Position numbers and translations under genes: made by a program
Notes under the pieces: generated by a model
What the model was told of the DNA's origin: nothing
What the model saw: only the letters and a program-made list of their open reading frames with translations
The model's database searches: none
Shown: piece by piece, positions 1 through 7,693 of the stretch
Layout: each line of letters starts with the position of its first letter
How positions within the stretch are numbered: position 1 is the first letter of the stretch
NCBI RefSeq assembly: GCF_006345805.1
Contig: NW_021828807.1
Location: 1 to 7,693 of the forward strand
Reading direction: 5' to 3'
DNA from: Octopus sinensis
Lineage: Eukaryota
DNA length: 7,693 bases

Positions 1-8
1 GTCTTCTG

Positions 9-52
9 CAACCGCTGGATGACTTGTAGTTTGTTTACATCTCCCGTAACTT
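9..52 (+). mobile_element. Possible highly decayed SINE fragment
   Basis: CAACCG...TTTGTTTACATCTCCCGTAACTT resembles CAACCG...GTGTTTACGTCCCCGTCACTT (2847-2880). Confidence 0.35.
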
Positions 53-351
53 CTGTAGTTAAGAGAAGACGAATTTATTTATTTATTTTTTTTACTGCAG
101 CTCGAGTTAGTGGTTTGGGACAGACGCTGATCCAGTTAAGGTTGGCGTTGCGCAGACTCAATCAACTTCCGTCCAAGTCTTAAAGCGCGTCTAAAAACTA
201 AAAGCTGAGTTTGTTTGCTATGAAGACGTTGAACTGTTAACAATGTACAGTCTGTCAAGCTTCTCATTCCGTCCGCTTCATCTAGAACCTGGAAAATGAC
301 TACTTGTTCAATTTCTTAATCACCATGACTGCTAAGCTAAGTTTTTGTTTT

Positions 352-670
352 GGATCTTTTCTGCTTGAACGGCAGTTTTTTAAACATAATTTCCACGTAA
401 CTATAAACACTTTTATAAACTTCGTATACTGGTAGAATGTGTTTATAAAACATCTTTTTCTCTTAGCTTTATTGAGAAAATTCTATAGTTTGTAACATAT
501 TTGGGATCTGTTCGGTTTGAACGGCAGTTTTTTAAAATAATTTCCACGTAACTATAAACACTTTTATAAACTTCGTATACTGGTAGAATGTGTTTATAAA
601 ACATCTTTTTCTCTTGGCTTTATTGAGAAAATTCTATAGTTTGTAACATATTTGGGATCTGTTCGGTTTG
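352..670 (+). repeat. ~152-bp tandem duplication (2 full units plus a 16-bp partial third TIR start)
   Basis: Units start with GGATC at 352, 504 and 655. The bodies are near-identical (...CCACGTAACTATAAACACTTTTATAAACTTCGTATACTGGTAGAATGTG...CATATTTG). Confidence 0.95.
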
Positions 671-942
671 TTGTTGTTTTTCGTTCAATTTCTGCAATTT
701 CAACCAATCAATGACGTATATTGAGTTAAAAAACAAACATTCTGTGCCGTATAAATATGTCCCTCGTTTAAGAAACAGATTGGGTTTATTTACATTTCTG
801 AAGAAAAAAAAGATACCCTTCCCCCCACCCCTAACCCTAAAACAAGATTGAAATGCAATAGATCGATACTACGGTCATAATTATGGGTGACAATTTCATA
901 TGACACCACTAGAAAAAACTGCCGTTCAAACCGAAGAGATCC
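352..942. mobile_element. Non-autonomous TIR DNA transposon (MITE) with 8-bp TSD, Merlin-like, with internal tandem duplication of its left end
   Basis: Right end 913-942 reverse-complements to GGATCTCTTCGGTTTGAACGGCAGTTTTTT. This matches 504-533 (GGATCTGTTCGGTTTGAACGGCAGTTTTTT) and, more loosely, 352-381. Identical 8-bp flanks TTTGTTTT at 344-351 and 943-950. Termini GG...CC; no coding capacity. Confidence 0.85.
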
Positions 943-1231
943 TTTGTTTTTTAGCAACTCAGAACCCTTATGCCCGCTTCTTCACTTGACATTCGTCTTC
1001 TTCTTTCTAAGCCGTTATGAGGCTTATTATATCGTGTTATCCTGTTGGCTGAAATTGACCGCTTCAGCAAGACTACTTGTCCAACTTCGTACTATAGATG
1101 GATAATCAGCTCTGACCTAAAGAACTTGTAATAATTAGTAAGTGTATCTGTATGTGTTCTTGTTTAGTTTTGTTATTCCTGTTTGACTGAAGGTGTAAAA
1201 TTTTGATTGCTTGCACACAACATTGAAATTT

Positions 1232-1518
1232 GGTACTACTAGTCGATCCTTACTTTGAGGTTTTTGTGTTTTATTTACTTTTGTTTAAAAAAAATTATTT
1301 ACTTTGTGTTTTTGCGTTTTATTTACTTTGTTTTAAAAAAAATTATTTATTTTGTGTAAAAAAATTATTTATTTTGTGTAAAAAAAATATTTATTTTGTG
1401 TTTCATTTTACTTTGCTAGGTAGTGTGTAGATCGACTAGTCACGACTAGCTAGCGCGGATACGCGAGTACGGGAGTGCGCGAGTGCACGCACCGGGACCA
1501 CTCTTCTTAAGTAGTACC
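1232..1518. mobile_element. MITE with GGTACTACT...AGTAGTACC termini, internally deleted left TIR and AT-rich minisatellite core
   Basis: GGTACTACT (1232-1240) is inverted to AGTAGTACC (1510-1518). ACTAGTCGATC (1238-1248) is inverted to GATCGACTAGT (1430-1440). The right terminus shares GGTACTACTTAA-N7-GGTCCCG with the 1988-2433 element. TSD is unclear (TTGAAATTT vs GTTAAATTT). Confidence 0.7.
1262..1415. repeat. Degenerate AT-rich tandem repeat (units such as AAAAAAATTATTTATTTTGTGT and TTTTATTTACTTTG)
   Basis: Repeated ~20-25 bp motifs directly visible. Confidence 0.8.
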
Positions 1519-1627
1519 GTTAAATTTCCTGTAATATACGTCTGTTCAGCGTTTTTTGAAAACAGAAAATGAAATTATCGCATTTTGAACTTGAATACAA
1601 TTCCTTGCCTTCTGATTCATTCTGTGT

Positions 1628-1741
1628 AGCATTGTTGAACAGCATTATACATTTTTTGCTCGACTTCTTTGGTTCGGCAAAAAGAGATCGATATAATAAA
1701 AAACCCTTTAAGGCGATACTCCAGCATAACAGCAGGATGAC
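1628..1741 (+). mobile_element. Decayed, internally deleted fragment of the 3' part of the SINE family at 2605-3033
   Basis: GGTTCGGCAAAAAGAGATCGATA (from 1671) resembles GGTTCGGCAAAAGAGACCGATA (from 2884). AAGGCGATACTCCAGCAT...GCAG...ATGAC resembles AAGGTGGTGCTCCAGCATGGCCGCAG...ATGAC. Confidence 0.55.
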
Positions 1742-1987
1742 GTTGGTTTCCAGGAAAGGAAGAACAATCAACATACGTTTCGGTCTGTTTGACTTCATCA
1801 GTATGTTATAGGGTTGATTTTATAAATATGGAAGAAGAGTTATAAATATCTTACATAAAATAATATTCCTAATCAACAGTAAAATGAAATTTTGGGAATA
1901 GCTCAAATGAACGAAGGCAGAAATTTCAAAATTAAGTTAACAGATGTACTATGAGCTATACACAAATAATTCGGCAACTGGAATTTC

Positions 1988-2433
1988 GGCACTAATTAAA
2001 TACAAAGGTACCGGTGAATTTATGTAACTATATGATGGTGAGGTAATCTAGTTTTACCAAAACTACTGTTAATGATGTAAGGAGCAGCACAATATCGTCT
2101 GTTTTACTCCGATCCTTTTCCCCATGATATCGTCTGATCTTAATCTAATGTTTTTATAGTGCACACTCGTTAGAGTCGAGGTTTAGGGTTAGGGTTGGGG
2201 TTTAGGGTTAGGGTTGGGGTTTAGGGTTAGGGTTGGGGCTTGGGGTTTGGGGGTAGGGTTGGGGTTTAGGGTTAGGGTTTAGGGTTAGGGTTTAGGGTTG
2301 GGGTTAGTTTTTACTTTCGACTTACACAAGGGCCGCTTATGTGAAGTCACAGTAGTTTTGGTAAAAAAACTAGATTATCTCCCCTTTATATCGTTACGTA
2401 GATGCGTCGGGACCTCTGTATTTAAGTAGTACC
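1988..2433. mobile_element. MITE with ~82-85 bp imperfect TIRs, GG...CC termini and 8-bp TSD (Merlin-like), telomere-like core
   Basis: Left TIR 1988-2069 aligns to the reverse complement of 2349-2433 with ~14 substitutions plus a 3-nt T-run indel (manual count). Flanks GGAATTTC (1980-1987) and GAAATTTC (2434-2441) are 7/8 identical. Confidence 0.85.
2180..2307 (+). repeat. Interstitial telomere-like G-rich array (TTTAGGG/TTAGGG/TTGGGG), G-quadruplex-prone
   Basis: The 19-bp unit TTTAGGG-TTAGGG-TTGGGG occurs 3 times at 2182-2238, followed by mixed variants; many runs of 3 or more G. Confidence 0.95.
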
Positions 2434-2604
2434 GAAATTTCTCCTCTCGGGTTAAAACACTGAAGCTGGAAATAAATGCTTACTCATACTCAATGAAGAG
2501 TAATGATAATTTTAAGAAATTGAGAAATGATTTTTGAAGTTAATTTCCTTAGTTTGAGCAAGGACGGCCAGTTTTTTCGCAAGAAAAAGAGAAATATTGG
2601 CATA

Positions 2605-3033
2605 GGTGCAGGAGTGGCTGTGTGGTAAGTAGCTTGCTTACCAACCACATGGTTTTGGGTTCAGTCCCACTGCGTGGCATCTTGGGCAAGTGTCTTCTGC
2701 TATAGCCCCGGGCCGACCAATGCCTTGTGAGTGGATTTGGTAGACGGAAACTGAAAGAAGCCTGTCGTATATATGTATATATATATATATATGTATGTGT
2801 GTGTTTTGTTTGTGTGTCTGTATTAGTCCCCCTAGCATTGCTTGACAACCGATGCTGGTGTGTTTACGTCCCCGTCACTTAGCGGTTCGGCAAAAGAGAC
2901 CGATAGATTAAGTACTGGGCTTACAGAGAATAAGTTCCGGGGTCGATTTGCTCGACTAAAGGTGGTGCTCCAGCATGGCCGCAGTCAAATGACTGAAACA
3001 AGTAAAAGAGTAAAAGAGTAAAAGAGTAAAGAG
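2605..3033 (+). mobile_element. tRNA-derived SINE, apparently full length (resembles abundant octopus SINEs)
   Basis: Pol III A box TGGCTGTGTGG (2615-2625) and B box GGTTCAGTCCC (2658-2668). CORE-like CTTGGGCAAGTG motif follows, then an internal (TA)n/(TG)n at ~2768-2820 and a 3' tail of tandem AGTAAAAG repeats at 3001-3033. No TSD found. Confidence 0.88.
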
Positions 3034-3559
3034 TTTCGGTGCATTAGACCTCATCAGCAACAAAGTGTCTAACCAAGTGAAATGGATAAATTTTTGCATA
3101 TATCAAAGGAAAGAAATGTGGACAATTTGTGCCAAAATAATCAGCATAATTGAAAGTAAAAGTAATTAGGGAAACACCTCTAATAAAGCATCACCATGAA
3201 TCTAAGTAATTAAATTTATGCGATATGTACCAGGTATCGTACGAATAAATTCTTCACTGTATGATGACAGTTCTCTCTAAGTTGTTGACAGACGGCAAAA
3301 TTCTTAGGGTCAATTGCTGGAGAGTCTATAAAAAAGTGAGGAGATAACTTCTTGAATTTAAGAATAAATGTTAATATACATGAAGTGCAATAACTCTAGA
3401 ATGGTTCAAATAAATGTCAAAGAACTGGGTTTGCCGAGTGCTTAATTCACTTATAATGCAGCATAAATGTTTGCGTTGTGTCTAAAATTTCCCATTCACA
3501 TGACTGTCATAAAAGAGCATCAGAAGATCAAAAACATCACGTAAAATGAAATAAAACAG

Positions 3560-3561
<2 letters not shown>

Positions 3562-3608
<47 letters not shown>

Positions 3609-3610
3609 TA
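3562..3610. repeat. (TA)n microsatellite
   Basis: Direct reading. Confidence 0.97.
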
Positions 3611-4091
3611 AAATGCAAAATCATAAATAGGTATATTTAAAAAATACATTTATTGCAAAATTTAAAGCCACAAGGATCTCACTTGTATCTAAATATACGT
3701 AATTTCGAAAATTACCAAAATTAGAACATTTTTGAAATATTATAAAAAGAATTGCAGTATTTACACAATCAATTTTTTTTTACTTCATTTTATGCTATTA
3801 TAACATGTAGTCTGTAATGTATGGCTACATATGTACGTACGTGTGTATATGTGTGTATACACATGAATTTATAAGTATGCGTGTGTAATGATTACAAGTG
3901 TACGATCGTTTTTGAAAATGAGGAAGATTTTGAGAAAAGTAGAGTAAAGAATGAGAGGGTGATTTTGTTGGAATGGTAAACACACATATTTATTCTACGC
4001 ATGTTGTATAGACACACATACACATGCTATTACATACATAGTAACATACACTCACTCCCGCATACACATATTCCACATATAAATGTGCTTT

Positions 4092-4294
4092 TATATATAT
4101 ATATATGTATGTATATATACGCATATCCATATGAATGTATGTATATATATATATATATATAAGTATATTGTGTGTGGTGTGTATATATATATATATATAT
4201 ATGTATAATATATATATATATATATATAATATTATATATATATATATTATATATATACATATATATATGTATGTATAATTATATATATATATAT

Positions 4295-4335
<41 letters not shown>

Positions 4336-4560
4336 TACACAATCATCTGCAACGACATCAATTCACGTACACACTAACACAACACACTCACACACACAAA
4401 ACACACACACATACGCACACGCATACACATACGCACACGCATACACATACGCACGCACGCACCCTCTCTCTCTCTCTCTCTTTCTCTCACTCTCACACAC
4501 TCACACACTCACTCACACACACACACATACACATACACACACACACACACGCATACACGC
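4092..4560. repeat. Compound microsatellite: interrupted (TA)n, (CA)n, 18-bp CACATACGCACACGCATA units, (CT)n
   Basis: Direct reading; accounts for the IYIY/HTHT/LSLS ORFs. Confidence 0.95.
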
Positions 4561-5297
4561 AGAGACCTACTTAATGGTTTTCAAGAAGCGACACAAAAGA
4601 AAAAGCGGAATTATTGATGCCAAATTTAATTCTTGATTATTTTCAGTTCTTTCATTGGTGGGGAAAAAGAATGAATTCTCAGGTTTCTTGGATGATGCCA
4701 TAATTGGTGCTTGATATTTGGTTATAGGTAATTATCTTTTTATAGACTTAGATACTTGCAAAGAAGAATGAAATAGAAAAGAATATATATTAAAGAAAAA
4801 AAAAATATTAGATGAAAACGAAAAACAAAATGTATCAAAATATAAATAACAACCACTTTGAACGACTGCTTCCATTTTTCTTGTATTTTGTTTTTTTAAT
4901 ATAAGTCGCCTGCTTGCTTTCTTTGTAGTGTGGTGTCTTATAATTATTATTACAAGAGGACTGTCAAATAGTATATTGTACCTTTACAATTTCTGATACT
5001 TATTTAAAGACATGACAAAATATAAAATAAAAGGTAAGTAAAAAAAAAAAGAGAAAAGAAAAGTAAAGTAAAGAAAAGCAAATTTTGCAAAAAAAAAAAA
5101 CGAAATAAGAATAACGAAATAAGAAAGCAAAAAAAAGAAAATTACTAACTTCACTTTCTACGTAACAATGAAATGAAATAAAATGCTTAGAAAACGTAGT
5201 TCCTATCCAGGGGAAGAGACATTGTTCTCTTGCTTTAATGTTTACGAATCTGAGCGAATTTGCTTTGTTTATCAGTGAAAAATTAAAATTTAGACTG

Positions 5298-5298
5298 A

Positions 5299-5387
<89 letters not shown>

Positions 5388-5395
5388 ATATCTGA

Positions 5396-5428
<33 letters not shown>

Positions 5429-5452
5429 CTATCCATCTGAATCTATCTATCT

Positions 5453-5531
<79 letters not shown>
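5298..5531 (+). repeat. (TATC)n / (GATA)n tetranucleotide array upstream of the LINE, with two ATCTGAATC interruptions
   Basis: Direct reading; ~230 bp. Confidence 0.97.
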
Positions 5532-6302
5532 CCGAGCTTTCCCGCAGCTCGTCTCCATGACCGAACTGCAGTCGTGGATCAAAAAGAGGCCGAGGAAGGC
5601 GAATGGCACCGCGAGTGTCGCGTTGCTCTCAAGCAACTCTGCCGTCCTGGGTCGACCTTAAGTGACTTCAACACAACCAAAGCATTCTATAGGGGTTTAG
5701 TGGAGGGGAGGTACGACGACGAGCTCGGGGCGAACCTGGACGTCGACGAGGAGTACCTGACCCGCCAGTTCGGGACGACTTTCGGGCCAGGGCCCATGGA
5801 TAACTTCCAGAGATCCCTGGCCTGGCAGTGCTACCGAGAAGCGCTACCCGTTCGGGATAAGCTCTACAGACACGGCTCGAGAAACACGGGGCCGACCTGC
5901 CCGAGATGCGGTCAGAGCGACGAAACCGTTCTGCACGCACTCGTTCAGTGTCCAACAATTTCCGACCTGTGGGCTTATGTCGAACAACTGCTGTCACGTG
6001 TGGGACGAGTCGGTTTATCAGCTGAGTCTATCGTCAATATTGTCACGCCTCCTTCCTTCAAACGGGAAGGAAGAGCTATTTTTATCATCCTTGTGGCTAT
6101 GGCGAAAGAATGTATCTGGTGGACGCGTCTGAAAGGATTGGAGACAAACACTTTCCTCTCTGGTCAATCTCTCATCAACTTCTTCAAGTACCACTTGAAA
6201 AGGAAAGTGAGAGTAGAGAGGCAAGTTTTGTCTAGCGAATGTTTTAAAAAAAGATGGGTGAATGTAGCAAGAATGGCCCGTATGAATGACGAAGCCACCT
6301 GA
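5532..6302 (+). pseudogene. LINE ORF2 C-terminal fragment (~256 aa) with zf-RVT-type CCHC zinc knuckle; endonuclease and RT core absent
   Basis: LAWQCYREALPVRDKL...CPRCGQSDETVLHALVQC...LW (C-x2-C-x8-H-x4-C at 5898-5951), followed by AKECIWWTR and a terminal F..RW. This pattern is typical of L1/Tx1 ORF2 C-termini. Confidence 0.85.
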
Positions 6303-6693
6303 GCATAGTCCTATGAACCCAGAAATCGAAAACAGAGAGTTGCTTATTTGCAAAAAAAAAAAAAAAAAGAAATATAAAATGTGACTTCATTGACCGAGGT
6401 TACCGTGGTCTTTTCCGTAGGCTTTTCTTTCCACGGGTAAACCTCACCTGTCCTCCCCTTTACACTTCATATTGACATTTCTGTGATAACGATCCCTATT
6501 GATCATTTTTTTTCCTCTCCCCCCCCCTTTTTTTTAACCCCCCTTTCTTTTGTCCTCTTTCTCTCCTTTTACGATCCCTTTTGATCGAAATTCCCCCTTC
6601 CGTTTTTTTTTTTTTTTTTAAACCTTCAAAAAAAGCTCTACCTTGTAATTTGTTTCTATCTGTGTGCAGCCCTGTGTGGCTAATAAAGAAACA
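5532..6693 (+). mobile_element. 5'-truncated non-LTR retrotransposon (L1/Tx1 clade), ORF2 C-terminus plus 3'UTR, inserted in (TATC)n
   Basis: Abrupt switch to GC-rich coding sequence at 5532. Open frame to TGA at 6300-6302. Pyrimidine-rich 3'UTR, AATAAA at 6682-6687, and (TATC)n resumes at 6694. Confidence 0.85.
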
Positions 6694-6812
6694 TATCTAT
6701 CTATCTATCTATCTATCTATCTGTATGTATGTATGTGTATGTATATATATATATATAGGTGTGTGTGTGTGTGTGTTTAATGTACATGTGTGTTAGTGAG
6801 TGGTGTATGTGT

Positions 6813-6846
<34 letters not shown>

Positions 6847-6855
6847 GTGTGTGTG
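6694..6855. repeat. (TATC)n (6694-6722) followed by (TATG)/(TA)/(TG)n microsatellites
   Basis: Direct reading. Confidence 0.95.
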
Positions 6856-6857
6856 AA

Positions 6858-7180
6858 GGCGCATGGCTCAGTGGTTAGAGCGCGAAGCTTACAATCGTTT
6901 GGCTGTGACTTTGATTTCCTGACCTGGCTGTGTTGTGTTCTTGAGCAAGACACTATATTCCATGTTGCTCCAGTTCCCCCAACGGTAGAAACGAGTTGCT
7001 ACGTCATTGGTACCAAGCTGTATTAGCCTTTGCCTTTCCCTTGGATAACATCAGTGACTGGTATGCATGAGTGACTGCTAGTCTTCCATAAACAACTTTG
7101 CCTGGACTTGTGCCTTGGAGGGGAACTTTCTAGGTGTAATCACATGGTCAGCCATGACCAAAGGGGGTCTTTACATTTAC
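6858..7180 (+). mobile_element. Second, diverged tRNA-derived SINE of a different family
   Basis: tRNA-like head GGCGCATGGCTCAGTGGTTAGAGCG (A box 6864-6874), degenerate B box region, CORE-like TGTGTTCTTGAGCAAGACACT at ~6934-6954, and a short TTTACATTTAC tail at ~7170-7180. The 3' boundary is approximate. Confidence 0.72.
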
Positions 7181-7509
7181 AAGAAGATGGAATAATCAGA
7201 CTTTAATTGCATATTACACCATTTGTTCATCTGAAGCGGTAAAAGCTCCAAGTTCATGTATTTTCATTCCCATACCATTACATAAAATTATTTTATCAAA
7301 AAAGCTCATCATTTGAATCTTTTGAAATTACATATTTTGAAAAGTAGGTATTTTGATGAACATCACATCCAGAAGAATACCTTTGCTTCCAAAAAGTATA
7401 ATTTCCGCGTAACATATTATTCTAGGACTGTCTGAGGCTAGCATACATCCTTCGTCGACTATGCGCTGGGAAGCCTGGATTGTAAAATTAAAAGGAGTTT
7501 TATGAACAA

Positions 7510-7693
7510 CTAGCAGTATCGCCCGGCGTTGCTCGTGTTTGTAAGGGAAATAACTATATAAGCATTTTTAGAGAGTTACTTCCCTTATAGATGCCAATTC
7601 GGGTTTCTTAGCCATTTCTGTTTTGGTGTCTTCAAGCCATGAAGTCGTTGTTCTAAAAGAACGCTGGTCTCCTTGACAACGCTTTACGACGTT
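7510..7693 (-). mobile_element. 3' terminus of a Helitron (rolling-circle) element, probably continuing beyond the window
   Basis: The minus strand reads ...CACGAGCAACGCCGGG-CGATACTG-CTAG|T. That is a GC-rich imperfect hairpin (7522-7537) 8 nt before a terminal CTAG (7510-7513) followed by T, the canonical Helitron 3' end. Confidence 0.7.

Noticed and set aside
352-670. CRISPR-like regularly spaced repeat
   Set aside because: The intervening sequences are near-identical, so this is a tandem duplication without unique spacers; the context is eukaryotic and there are no cas genes.
298-1088. 18-bp direct repeat GACTACTTGTYCAAYTTC at 298-315 and 1071-1088
   Set aside because: Too short (16/18 identity) and does not extend into an LTR-like pair; possibly an old repeat relic but not interpretable.
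2180-2307. True telomere or chromosome fusion scar
   Set aside because: The array is short, heterogeneous, in a single orientation, and enclosed by TIRs and a TSD.
2605-2675. tRNA gene (also 6858-6930)
   Set aside because: A/B-box-like motifs are present, but I find no proper cloverleaf and the sequence continues into a SINE body.
887-2848. Short ORFs at 887, 1230, 1520, 1569, 2549 and 2638
   Set aside because: They overlap MITE, SINE or low-complexity sequence and show no recognisable domain.
3990-4636. ORFs of 123, 76 and 154 aa
   Set aside because: Translations of (TA)n/(CA)n/(CT)n microsatellites.
4647-4727. Plus-strand 81-nt exon (TTTTCAG ... AG|GTAATT)
   Set aside because: Stop codons in all three frames; no support as a coding exon.
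5238-5531. N-terminal 98 aa of the 354-aa ORF (IYLS repeats) fused in frame to the LINE zinc knuckle
   Set aside because: Pure (TATC)n has no stop codon on this strand, so read-through from a chance upstream ATG is expected. There is no evidence of a real fusion protein.
5668-6353. Antisense ORFs of 109 and 111 aa
   Set aside because: Shadows of the GC-rich LINE ORF2 with no recognisable motifs.

Overview
AT-rich, microsatellite-dense eukaryotic non-coding DNA, probably from an octopus-like cephalopod. That assignment rests only on my recollection of the tRNA-SINE sequence and is not verified. No intact host gene is supported; the window is largely transposable elements. (i) There are three short GG...CC-terminated TIR elements (352-942, 1232-1518, 1988-2433). 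Two have 8-bp target-site duplications, the structural signature of Merlin/IS1016-like DNA transposons, and one of these carries a telomere-like G-rich array. (ii) There are two tRNA-derived SINEs (2605-3033, 6858-~7180) plus decayed SINE scraps. (iii) A 5'-truncated L1/Tx1-type LINE (ORF2 C-terminal CCHC zinc knuckle, 3'UTR, AATAAA) sits inside a (TATC)n microsatellite, suggesting a GATA-repeat-targeting retrotransposon. (iv) The 3' end of a Helitron lies on the minus strand at the right edge. Most listed ORFs are microsatellite or repeat artefacts.
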